From a bacterium (GTDB lineage Bacteria; Patescibacteriota; Minisyncoccia; Phycocordibacterales; Phycocordibacteraceae), in the NCBI GenBank assembly GCA_021781865.1, contig JAJXVZ010000001.1, positions 1 to 34,262 of the forward strand: DNA of 34,262 nt, written 5' to 3'. Numbering within the stretch: the stretch's first letter is position 1; every line of letters starts with the position of its first letter. The position numbers and the translations under genes were made by a program. The notes under the pieces were generated by a model, which worked only from the letters and a program-made list of their open reading frames with translations, ran no database searches and was not told the DNA's origin. Positions 9,505 to 17,221 of this stretch are shown here, in pieces.

Positions 9505-9810
9505 ATGTCCGTTCTTTACGCGTTCGTCGGAAGAGTTGCTGCACAGATAATCAATCCGATTATCTTACTTCTGGCTGCCGCTGCATTTGTTTTATTTATT
9601 TGGGGCGTGTTCGAATTTGTTCGACAGGCAGGGGATGTTTCGAAACGGAAAAAAGGCCGCGAAGCCATTCTATGGGGTCTCGTTGGACTTCTTATCATCT
9701 TTGGCGCTTATGGCATCATTGACATGGCTATCGGATCATTTAATTTAAGCCCCAATGGCCAATCAACAATCGAAAATGTCCTTCTGCCAATACATCAATC
9801 AAAACCGTAG
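9505..9810 (+). CDS. pilin paralog P6 (two-helix pilin module, no cleavable signal peptide evident)
   Basis: The ATG directly abuts the P5 stop. 'IINPIILLLAAAAFVLFIWGVFEF', loop 'QAGDVSKRKKGREA', then 'ILWGLVGLLIIFGAYGIID'. Confidence 0.65.
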   Translation: MSVLYAFVGRVAAQIINPIILLLAAAAFVLFIWGVFEFVRQAGDVSKRKKGREAILWGLVGLLIIFGAYGIIDMAIGSFNLSPNGQSTIENVLLPIHQSKP

Positions 9811-9835
9811 AAAATTGATAAGAGATAAAAAAGAA

Positions 9836-9858
9836 GGCCGCCAAAAATTTTGGCGGCC
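9836..9858 (-). terminator. rho-independent terminator hairpin between convergent genes
   Basis: Palindrome ggccgccaaaa-a-ttttggcggcc. On the minus strand it is followed by a T-rich run (the complement of aaaaaagaa at 9826-9834). It lies 15 nt past the stop of CDS 9873..10658. Confidence 0.65.
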
Positions 9859-9872
9859 TGATTCACGGCATC

Positions 9873-10658
9873 TTATGTACCCATGAACCAATATCGTGGA
9901 AGGGGTACGCCCTTTTGTGGCGTGAATTGAAATGTATTTCCGATACGTTCGTGGCACGTATTAGAAACGACCTCCTCTTCGGTACATGTATATGGTTTTT
10001 CGGGTCCAACCCCGTCAGAAGTTCTATATCCAAGACGGCTAAGATTCATCCAAAACGAAGTTTCAAAGCATACGTTCTTACCGTCCGGTACAGATACTAT
10101 TTTGGTGGACCCATCAGTTCGCACATGAAGGGTATAAAGATGTGTTGCGCGAGTTATATTACACTCAGGAACAACCACCTGGACAATTTTTTTATGAGCC
10201 CCCGGCATTTTTTTACCGTGTGTGATCGGGGCGGCAGCATTGATCCCCATAACGATCGCGACTACGATCGCGACAAAACGTACGAGACTCGACGTCTCTT
10301 TTGGTATGATGACTTCTTTTGCCGTCATTAACGCGAGCTCGCTCTTGCCAAGGCTAAGGGTGCGAATCTCGCATAACAAGGGAACCCAATGCCTCCCCTC
10401 AGAACATTTTATCTCGGTTCTTTTACCAAGAAAGAAAATCGTGCCCTCATGATTTGTAGGTACGTCACGCTGGTGCCTCACAAGCGTGTTGAAGGTAACG
10501 ATACACCCGAGACTGATCCCAATAACTCTTCCAACGAAGGGAAGGGGGTAGTAAAATTCTTTGGCGAAGAACCACCAAGAAACATAAGCAACCTCAGTCC
10601 CTGCGAATATACTCACGATCAGTCCTAACAGCTGGCTCTTGAGGGGGTTAATCTTCAT
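9873..10658 (-). CDS. hypothetical multi-pass membrane protein with a Cys-containing C-terminal domain
   Basis: 261 aa. Hydrophobic segments 'LLGLIVSIFAGTEVAYVSWWFF', 'VIGISLGCIVTF' and 'LVRFVAIVVAIVMGI'. A strong SD (AGGAGG) lies 7 nt upstream of the ATG at 10656-10658. Confidence 0.6.
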   Translation of the reverse strand: MKINPLKSQLLGLIVSIFAGTEVAYVSWWFFAKEFYYPLPFVGRVIGISLGCIVTFNTLVRHQRDVPTNHEGTIFFLGKRTEIKCSEGRHWVPLLCEIRTLSLGKSELALMTAKEVIIPKETSSLVRFVAIVVAIVMGINAAAPITHGKKMPGAHKKIVQVVVPECNITRATHLYTLHVRTDGSTKIVSVPDGKNVCFETSFWMNLSRLGYRTSDGVGPEKPYTCTEEEVVSNTCHERIGNTFQFTPQKGVPLPRYWFMGT

Positions 10659-10704
10659 TATACAACCTCCTAAGTATCATGTGGCAAGAACATCTTCCCG
10701 TGTA

Positions 10705-10733
10705 TAATATATTATGTATTATAATAAAGTCAA
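10705..10733 (-). promoter_or_regulatory. candidate promoter for CDS 9873..10658 (TTGACT-16/17 nt-TATATT on the minus strand)
   Basis: The reverse complement reads cTATTGACTttattataatacataaTATATTatac. The AT-rich context makes the exact -10 ambiguous. Confidence 0.3.
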
Positions 10734-10963
10734 TAGATTCATGATGGTTCAACGCCGTGTGAACATTAAGTTCACTTTAACGGTTCGTTTTCAGGCATAA
10801 AGCATACATTACTAATCCCATCGAGCCCGCAGGGTGTCCAGTGAAAAACTCAAAAAGAAGTACTTAACGAAAAGTTGTAGAGTCACTCCTCAGTAAATGC
10901 TCTCAAAAGTGTTCAGGAGGTGCGTTAGATATTACACAAAATCTGACTCTGTCCCATGTCTTG

Positions 10964-11045
10964 TGCTGAGGAGAGGACTCGAACCTCCATGGGTTGCCCC
11001 GTCTGCTCCTAAGGCAGGTGCGTCTACCAATTTCGCCACCCCAGC
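10964..11045 (-). tRNA. tRNA-Leu (anticodon UAG), class II with long variable arm
   Basis: I folded the reverse complement GCTGGGGTGGCGAAATTGGTAGACGCACCTGCCTTAGGAGCAGACGGGGCAACCCATGGAGGTTCGAATCCTCTCCTCAGCA by hand. It has a 7-bp acceptor stem, anticodon loop CTTAGGA (U33, G37), a 13-nt variable arm and T-loop TTCGAAT. CCA is not encoded. Confidence 0.9.
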
Positions 11046-11086
11046 ATTTTGAAACAATACTATAGATCTGTTATATTTTCTTTAAC

Positions 11087-11159
11087 GCGCCTATAGCTCA
11101 GTTGGTAGAGCAGCTCCCTCTTAAGGAGACGGTCCCTGGTTCGAGCCCAGGTAGGCGCA
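11087..11159 (+). tRNA. tRNA-Lys (anticodon CUU)
   Basis: GCGCCTATAGCTCAGTTGGTAGAGCAGCTCCCTCTTAAGGAGACGGTCCCTGGTTCGAGCCCAGGTAGGCGCA. Acceptor GCGCCTA/TAGGCGC, anticodon loop CTCTTAA, T-arm CCTGG-TTCGAGC-CCAGG. 73 nt, no encoded CCA. Confidence 0.9.
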
Positions 11160-11213
11160 CATTAGTACGTTGCGTGTGCCAAGCCGCAGAACGGTTTAAT
11201 GCGTATTCCCAGT

Positions 11214-11245
11214 AAAAAAGGCCTCACACGTAAACGTGTGAGGCC
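11214..11245 (-). terminator. rho-independent terminator for CDS 11272..12216 (may also stop read-through from tRNA-Lys)
   Basis: 11-bp perfect stem ggcctcacacg/cgtgtgaggcc with loop taaa. On the minus strand it is followed by TTTTTT (the complement of 11214-11219). Confidence 0.75.
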
Positions 11246-11271
11246 TGTATGTAACCCCGTCTAAGGGGCGA

Positions 11272-12216
11272 TCATTTTCTAGGGGTGGTTATCACCGTAA
11301 CGTTCTTGACCACATTAACGTGGTTTCGAACAAAGCCACAGTAATATCCCTGTGGGACCGGTTTACCCTCACAGAGAATCGGGCCTCTCGGTTTTTTGAA
11401 CAAGCGATATTTTCCACCTGCTGCTAACACATCTACCTTGGGCGTGTTAAGCCCAACCGTCAAAGGTCTTGGATACGCTTTTTCTTCAGAAAAAACGCAC
11501 CTCACGGCTACTTCCGCAACAATTCCATAAGTACTGTTAGCAGCAAGTCCAGTGCCTATGCCAACTGCCGTTCTGGCGGCATAGTTCGCTGCACCACCTG
11601 CACTTCCACCTTGACCGTCATTCCCGACGGCAATGTATAACTGATCACCCCAGACTGTCAGTATTTTCTCCCCCCCATATTCTTGGGGCAGGAAAACCTT
11701 GCTGTAGATGAAGGGTCTTTTTGCTGGACCCACTATCTTTCCTTGCAGAGATCTGACAGGGACTCCTTTTTCATAAAGCCCAAAGATTTCGGGCACATGC
11801 GTCTCGCGAGAGAACGGCCTGACCTTTGTTCGCGGTCCGCAAGCACCACTTTTCACCAGTGTGATACCGCCAGTGACGATGGTTGGTGGAAGTTCCGGAA
11901 CTTGTACCGGGTAAGGGGAATTATAAGAGACAATCGCCCCATTTCCTGAAGAAATCGAGCTTGAACTCCCTGTTTTGACGTTGTTCGACATGCCAGTCGA
12001 GGCTGTTATGCTGCTTGAGCTTTTCGATGCACCTCCTTCGCCACCAATTCCAACCGCGCTGGATTTCGACTCTGAACCAGCGATAGCCTGAGCCGCAGCG
12101 GTTGTATTCACAATTGGAGGAGGACCCAGTTTGTCGTGTGTACCACAGTTGGCTGCAAATGCCACACCCCCCATTGATAAGCCGAGGAGCAGACCAAACG
12201 TCAATGCGATTTTCAT
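11272..12216 (-). CDS. hypothetical secreted protein (signal peptide, Ser/Gly-rich linker, globular C-terminal region)
   Basis: 314 aa. Signal peptide 'MKIALTFGLLLGLSMGGVAFA', then a low-complexity 'SESKSSAVGIGGEGGASKSSSSITASTG...SSSSISSGNG' stretch. SD-like AAGGTGA precedes the ATG. No family recognised. Confidence 0.6.
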   Translation of the reverse strand: MKIALTFGLLLGLSMGGVAFAANCGTHDKLGPPPIVNTTAAAQAIAGSESKSSAVGIGGEGGASKSSSSITASTGMSNNVKTGSSSSISSGNGAIVSYNSPYPVQVPELPPTIVTGGITLVKSGACGPRTKVRPFSRETHVPEIFGLYEKGVPVRSLQGKIVGPAKRPFIYSKVFLPQEYGGEKILTVWGDQLYIAVGNDGQGGSAGGAANYAARTAVGIGTGLAANSTYGIVAEVAVRCVFSEEKAYPRPLTVGLNTPKVDVLAAGGKYRLFKKPRGPILCEGKPVPQGYYCGFVRNHVNVVKNVTVITTPRK

Positions 12217-12355
12217 TTGTCACCTTAACCTTATGGGATCAATTGATTGATTAGGTTTATCTGCTGCTACTTGAAGGAGAACCTCCGATCTCTCAGTTTT
12301 TTTGAACGTACAATTACACGGTCGGCACTCATTGTGTCTCCCGCCCCTGTTTCTT

Positions 12356-12384
12356 TATATAGCATGTTATACTAATATTGTCAA
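12356..12384 (-). promoter_or_regulatory. candidate sigma70-type promoter (TTGACA-17 nt-TATATA, minus strand) for CDS 11272..12216
   Basis: The reverse complement reads atatTTGACAatattagtataacatgcTATATAaag. It would give a 5' UTR of about 130 nt. Confidence 0.45.
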
Positions 12385-12930
12385 ATATAATGAAAGCAAC
12401 TTCATTAAAGTAAATGCAATTATGCCGTTGCTTATCGTGGCGAATTAAAGCGAGGATATTCCAATCTATGCATATATCTCAAATGTCGATACAAGAGACG
12501 AAAATACCGTATCTTCAGGCCGATCAGACTCCAATTGATGCTCAATTTCTCTCTGTCAAAGAAAAACTTGAACATTGGTAACTGGGAAGGCGAGAGTACA
12601 TACATTGACGATCAAAAATGGCGCAAAACGGAGGAAGCGACAAATGCATAAGTATACTTTGTCCGTTCGTGTCGCTCTTGAGGGCCGTGGGACCAATAAA
12701 AATACGAATGATTGGTGCGCTCGTATTCCCATAAGGGTATCATTCCACTCCTGTATTAGGAGAAGAAATTGCTGCGGTGGGATATGGTTCTGAAACACGG
12801 TAGAAAAAGCGATGGGGGTACTGGGTGCCCATTAAAAGTGTCTAATTGGAGCATTACATTTAAATTTTGAATGTGCCGACATTTATGACGAACAGAGTTC
12901 GTTTCAGTAGCTATGAAGTCTAGAAAGACT

Positions 12931-14355
12931 TCATAGTATCTGTACCATCACCATGTTAGTTCCTCCAACTTTTCCGAATGGAATACCAGCCGCGATGATA
13001 ATATGATCATTTTTAATCGCAATCTTTTGGTGAATCATAGTACGTTTTGATTCAGCGACAACATCAAGCAGGTTCTCAAATGAGCTCGCGATAAGCGGAT
13101 GGCAGGCGAAAGACAGTGCGAGTCGGCGTGCGGTTTCCGCGCGAGGCGTGAATACGATGATCGGGCGAGTAGGCCGATAACGCGAAATCATACGCGCGGT
13201 GAACCCGCTTTCAGAAAGGGCAACGATAGCCTTTGCCTTCGTGGCATGAGCGACGTCTACGACTACACGACCGATTGCGTCAACAGTCTCAGTTTCATCA
13301 CTCGCATGAATGCCGCGGAAGAGGTCGCGATATATACTGTCATTCTCAGTTTTCTTTGCTATCTGTGCCATCATCGTCACCGTTTCCACTGGATATTTTC
13401 CCATAGCGGTTTCTTGCGAAAGCATGACTGCATCTGTGCCATCGAGAATTGCATTAGCAACATCACCGACCTCGGCGCGCGTTGGTACGGGATTCTGAAT
13501 CATGGATTCGAGCATTTGAGTTGCGGTAATAACTACCTTACCAGCAGCTACGCTCTTATGGATGATCTGTTTTTGCATAAGCGGTACATTTTCAGGTGAT
13601 GCCTCCACCGCTAGGTCGCCGCGTGCAACCATTACACCGTCGGCTTCCAAAATTATTGCATCGATATCTGCGACCGCTTCGTTGGTTTCTATCTTTGCGA
13701 TGACGGCAGGTGCATGTTTGGACGATTGTTTCTCAATGAGCGCGCGAAACTTTCTCACATCGTTTGCAGAGCGCACGAATGAAAGTGCAATAAAGTCAAC
13801 ACCTTGCGCGAGACCAAAGCTGAGATCAGCACGATCTTTCTCAGTGACGGGATTAATCCTGCGAAACGCGCCAGGGATGTTGACGCTACGTCGGCCCTTG
13901 ATATCGCCGCCCACGATGATACGGGTTTCTACATCATGACCACGCACTGTGATGACCTCAAGCTTTCGGCGGCCATCATCGAGCAAGATGATGTCGCCCT
14001 TTTTAACCTCCTTATAAAGATATGGATAATTAATGAACACGCGTTTCTCCGTGCCAGCACACTTTTTTGTAGTAAACGTAAATCGCATCCCTGGCACAAG
14101 AGTAATTTCGCCTTCGGCGAAATCTCCGATACGAATTTTCGGTCCCGAGAGGTCCTGTAGAATAGCAACATGCTCGTTGAGTTTTTTCGATACTGCGCGA
14201 ATATTTTTGATGTAGCGTGCATGTTCTTCGTGTGAACCATGCGAAAAATTAAGACGAGTAACGTTTACGCCAGCCATGATGAGGTCTGTAAGTGTTTTCG
14301 TGTCGCATGAGGATGGACCGATAGTCGCTACAATTTTCGTTCGCTTAAATCGCAT
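12931..14355 (-). CDS. pyk: pyruvate kinase
   Basis: 474 aa. 'RTKIVATIGPSS', 'NVTRLNFSHG', 'GPKIRIG', 'IIAKIE', 'MVARGDLAVE' and 'ATQMLESM' are the canonical PK motifs. Confidence 0.95.
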   Translation of the reverse strand: MRFKRTKIVATIGPSSCDTKTLTDLIMAGVNVTRLNFSHGSHEEHARYIKNIRAVSKKLNEHVAILQDLSGPKIRIGDFAEGEITLVPGMRFTFTTKKCAGTEKRVFINYPYLYKEVKKGDIILLDDGRRKLEVITVRGHDVETRIIVGGDIKGRRSVNIPGAFRRINPVTEKDRADLSFGLAQGVDFIALSFVRSANDVRKFRALIEKQSSKHAPAVIAKIETNEAVADIDAIILEADGVMVARGDLAVEASPENVPLMQKQIIHKSVAAGKVVITATQMLESMIQNPVPTRAEVGDVANAILDGTDAVMLSQETAMGKYPVETVTMMAQIAKKTENDSIYRDLFRGIHASDETETVDAIGRVVVDVAHATKAKAIVALSESGFTARMISRYRPTRPIIVFTPRAETARRLALSFACHPLIASSFENLLDVVAESKRTMIHQKIAIKNDHIIIAAGIPFGKVGGTNMVMVQIL

Positions 14356-14497
14356 ACATTAATGAATGTATACCTCGTTTTTTGCAATAAAGAAAGAGCG
14401 AGACAGTAAAAATAAGACATTCATTTGCATTTGCGCAAATTAACTTTGGTGCTTTTGCTGGTATCAGCTAGAATGATTTGTACTTTAATTATTTAAT

Positions 14498-15577
14498 ATG
14501 TTTAAGACGATACGTTGGATAAGTATAGGTGTTGTCGTGCTTGTAAGCGCTTATTTTTTTTGCCTCGCTGATTTCTCCTCGCTCGCATATCGCTCGGAGA
14601 CTTTTAATAGTGGTCCCGAACGTTTCATTCCGCTCCCGATACTCAATAAGGCTGAATATGCTGCGCGTCTTTTTGCGCTTGCGCACGTGAGTACCTCAAC
14701 ACTTGCTGTCTCACCGGAAACGGCATGGGATTCTACAACCACGGCGGTGACTCAGCGACTTTGGCCAGCAAAAACAGTGTATCCAAATGCGGGCGCTATT
14801 TTACCTTTCAAACGCATCGTTGCCTATTATGGAAATTATTATTCCACAAAAATGGGTGTTCTTGGAGAGTATCCAGCGACGCAGATGCTCGCGATGCTCG
14901 CGAGTACAACGGCGGAATGGGCTGCTGCTGACCCGAATACGCCCGTGATACCAGCATTGGAATACATAGCTGTCGTCGCACAGGGAGATCCAGGGCCAGA
15001 TCATATGTACCGTCTGCGAATGCCGGATGATCAAATCGAAAAAACGATCCAGTTAGCAAATCAGATACACGGGCTCGTCATCCTTGATGTGCAAGTCGGG
15101 CTAAGTGATTTGCAGAAAGAACTTCCCTTGCTCGAACCATATTTGATAATGCCACAGGTTGAGCTCGCTATTGATCCAGAATTTTCTATGAAGTATGGTA
15201 ATCCGCCTGACTCTGTTATTGGTACTTTTGATGCCTCTGACATAAATTATGCCGCCACTTATCTCGCAGGTATTGTAGATAAATACCATTTGCCGCCAAA
15301 GGTTCTTATCGTAGACCGTTTTACGGAGGCTATGGTCACTAATTACAAAAATATACGTCCTCTGCCAGAAGTTGAAATAGTTATGAACATGGATGGGTGG
15401 GGCTCACGAAGGAAGAAGAAGGGGACTTATAATGCGGTCATTTATCCAGAACCGGTACAATTTACAGGCATAAAACTTTTTTATAAAAATGATCTTAGAC
15501 CACCTTCGCACGGCATGCTAACACCTGCTGAAATATTGAAACTTACTCCCGCGCCAATTTATATTCAATATCAATAG
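14498..15577 (+). CDS. hypothetical exported or membrane-anchored protein (possibly a TIM-barrel glycoside-hydrolase-like fold; not verified)
   Basis: 359 aa. N-terminal TM 'WISIGVVVLVSAYFFCL'. The alternating beta/alpha-like pattern 'LVILDVQVG ... VELAIDPEF ... VLIVDRF ... IVMNMDGWG' suggests a barrel enzyme. This is a guess only. Confidence 0.45.
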   Translation: MFKTIRWISIGVVVLVSAYFFCLADFSSLAYRSETFNSGPERFIPLPILNKAEYAARLFALAHVSTSTLAVSPETAWDSTTTAVTQRLWPAKTVYPNAGAILPFKRIVAYYGNYYSTKMGVLGEYPATQMLAMLASTTAEWAAADPNTPVIPALEYIAVVAQGDPGPDHMYRLRMPDDQIEKTIQLANQIHGLVILDVQVGLSDLQKELPLLEPYLIMPQVELAIDPEFSMKYGNPPDSVIGTFDASDINYAATYLAGIVDKYHLPPKVLIVDRFTEAMVTNYKNIRPLPEVEIVMNMDGWGSRRKKKGTYNAVIYPEPVQFTGIKLFYKNDLRPPSHGMLTPAEILKLTPAPIYIQYQ

Positions 15578-15744
15578 GAAGTGTGGATCACAAGGCGTGT
15601 CTGTGCTAATACTCTCGGCACTCTCTTTTCGCCTCAGAGAAGTCCGCTACGTTAATTAAATTATGAGAGGTGCCACAAACATTGAGTTCTTGTGAGAATT
15701 TCTCCTGGTTGCAAGTTTTGATCGTATGGTATTATTCCTCGTAT

Positions 15745-16452
15745 ATGGATACCAATAATACGGGCAATAAATATTTCTTACCAATATCGGTTCTACTCGC
15801 CGCATTTATTATTGGAGGAGCGGTTCTCTGGAGCAATGCTCACCCGCCCACTACTACGGTTGGAACGACCGCTGGGACTGCGACGCCGCCAGTGAATGTT
15901 AAGAACGTAAAAACTGACGGTGAACCGTTTATTGGCCAGGCAAATGCTCCAGTCACTATCGCTGAGTGGTCAGATTATCAATGTCCCTATTGCAAAGAGT
16001 TCGAAATTACAACACTACCGTTGATCATTCAAAATTATGTAAATGAGGGTAAGGTCAAGGTTGTTTTCAAGGATTTCCCATTCCTCGGTCCTGATTCAAT
16101 GGTAGATGCTGAATATGCACGGGCCGTATGGGCGCTCTATCCAACTCAATTCGCTGCATGGCGCACTGCTCTTTATGCGACAGAACCTCAAGAAAACAGC
16201 TTGAACGCGGCAGACAATCTCACCTTCCTTGCCAAGGTAACGAACTCAGTGAGTGGTATTGATCTTACCAAAATTAAAGCCGCTGTTGCCGCAAATCAAG
16301 TCACTTATGATGCGGCAATCAGTGCTGACCGCACCGAAGCGGCGAACTTTGGTATCCAAGCAACTCCATCGTTTGTGATCGGGACACAGATGATTGCAGG
16401 TGCGTATCCGTACAATACATTTCAGAACGCAATCAACACAGTGTTGAATTAA
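15745..16452 (+). CDS. DsbA-family thiol:disulfide oxidoreductase (thioredoxin fold, CPYC), membrane-anchored
   Basis: 'WSDYQCPYCKEF' active site, N-terminal TM 'FLPISVLLAAFIIGGAVLW', and C-terminal 'ATPSFVIG' (cis-Pro loop). I prefer the ATG at 15745 over the GTG at 15670 used by the track. Confidence 0.8.
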   Translation: MDTNNTGNKYFLPISVLLAAFIIGGAVLWSNAHPPTTTVGTTAGTATPPVNVKNVKTDGEPFIGQANAPVTIAEWSDYQCPYCKEFEITTLPLIIQNYVNEGKVKVVFKDFPFLGPDSMVDAEYARAVWALYPTQFAAWRTALYATEPQENSLNAADNLTFLAKVTNSVSGIDLTKIKAAVAANQVTYDAAISADRTEAANFGIQATPSFVIGTQMIAGAYPYNTFQNAINTVLN

Positions 16453-16453
16453 T

Positions 16454-16798
16454 ATGAAATTGTTCTTTCATTGGCTCATTGCGACTCTTGCAATCCTGAT
16501 TGCGGCGTACATTGTACCGAATGTTTCCGTAACCCTTATTGCAGCACTTATCGCTGCGATTGTTCTTGGGGCGCTCAATCTCTTCATTCGCCCTATTCTT
16601 CTAGTTCTTACGTTGCCGATAAACATTCTGACACTCGGTCTTTTCTCGCTCGTCATCAACGCGCTTCTTGTGATGCTTGCGTCCTATCTTGTCCCCGGGT
16701 TTGTCGTTGGTGGATTCTGGACAGCACTTCTCTTTGCTCTTGTCCTTATGGTGGTAAATTGGGTTTTCCATTTCTGGAGTCGTCCGTTGCACGCTTGA
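16454..16798 (+). CDS. small 4-TM membrane protein, YvlD / 'phage holin family 4'-like (DUF360-type)
   Basis: 114 aa, almost entirely hydrophobic. 'LNLFIRPILLVLTLPINILTLGLFSLVINALLVMLASYLVPGF' matches my memory of that family. 1-nt gap after the DsbA-like gene. Confidence 0.6.
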   Translation: MKLFFHWLIATLAILIAAYIVPNVSVTLIAALIAAIVLGALNLFIRPILLVLTLPINILTLGLFSLVINALLVMLASYLVPGFVVGGFWTALLFALVLMVVNWVFHFWSRPLHA

Positions 16799-16968
16799 TT
16801 CTTGACTCATTGCAAATCTCGAGCGGCATTAATTACAATTATGTTTAATGTTTTTGCGGCATTAGGCAGCAAGTGATTTTTAAATGTGAACAATCCACAT
16901 AATCCTCTTTCCGATTTCCCAAGCCTTGCTTATAATCGAACATAGACTGCTTGAAATGGAGACATCAT

Positions 16969-17178
16969 ATGAGCACTATAAAATGGCCTGACTTGCGTTT
17001 CGGGCCGGTAAATCTGTGGACAGTGATGCCCGCAGACATGTTTTATGCTAAACCCGAAGAACAATACCGAATCGTATGGTCAGGACACAAATCTAACCGT
17101 GTTGCCATATCTCGATTACCAACACGGGCGAATGGCCAATTACTCAGAAATATTTTTTCGCTCACAGTTTGTCGTTGA
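16969..17178 (+). CDS. small hypothetical protein (69 aa)
   Basis: The ATG at 16969 is preceded by GGAGA with 6-nt spacing. The protein starts MSTIKWPDLRFGPVNLWTVMPADMFY.... A good terminator hairpin follows at 17192-17221. Family unknown and coding status unproven. Confidence 0.35.
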   Translation: MSTIKWPDLRFGPVNLWTVMPADMFYAKPEEQYRIVWSGHKSNRVAISRLPTRANGQLLRNIFSLTVCR

Positions 17179-17191
17179 TGACAACAAAATA

Positions 17192-17221
17192 AAACCGATG
17201 GAGATACCTCCACCGGTTTTT
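17192..17221 (+). terminator. rho-independent terminator
   Basis: Stem aaaccgatggag, loop atac, stem ctccaccggttt (one mismatch), followed by a T-rich tract (ttttatat counted from the last stem T). Confidence 0.55.

Noticed and set aside
9108-9698. Antisense and alternate-frame ORFs across P5/P6 (9108..9365-, 9161..9343+, 9187..9492-, 9516..9698-).
   Set aside because: They overlap the pilin paralogs, whose conserved architecture supports the + strand frames chosen. The alternative translations are compositionally odd.
9915-10628. Plus-strand ORFs (9915..10331, 10222..10452, 10389..10628) opposite CDS 9873..10658.
   Set aside because: The minus-strand ORF is longer, has a perfect SD, TM helices and a downstream terminator. 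The plus-strand ORFs have none of these.
10701-10708. Plus-strand extended -10-like TGTATAAT upstream of the tRNA region.
   Set aside because: It would drive transcription antisense through tRNA-Leu before reaching tRNA-Lys ~380 nt away. The AT-rich context makes chance matches likely. The same segment is better explained as part of the minus-strand promoter for CDS 9873..10658.
10964-11159. The idea that the tRNA pair marks an intact integrated mobile element.
   Set aside because: There is no integrase or excisionase ORF, and I could not spot a duplicated tRNA 3' segment (att-like direct repeat) by eye. I kept it only as a low-confidence variable-locus observation.
12556-12798. Mutually overlapping 72-aa (+) and 80-aa (-) ORFs in the pyk-downstream gap.
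   Set aside because: There is no SD or promoter context. The translations are basic and low-complexity (for example 'KRRKRQMHKYTLSVRVALEGRGTNKNTN'), and the two ORFs exclude each other. I treat the region as non-coding or decayed and report it only as an unexplained gap.
16471-16848. 125-aa alternate-frame ORF and antisense ORFs over the YvlD-like gene.
   Set aside because: The chosen frame gives a clean 4-TM protein that I recall as a known family. The alternate frame is Cys/Ser/Arg-rich with no features.
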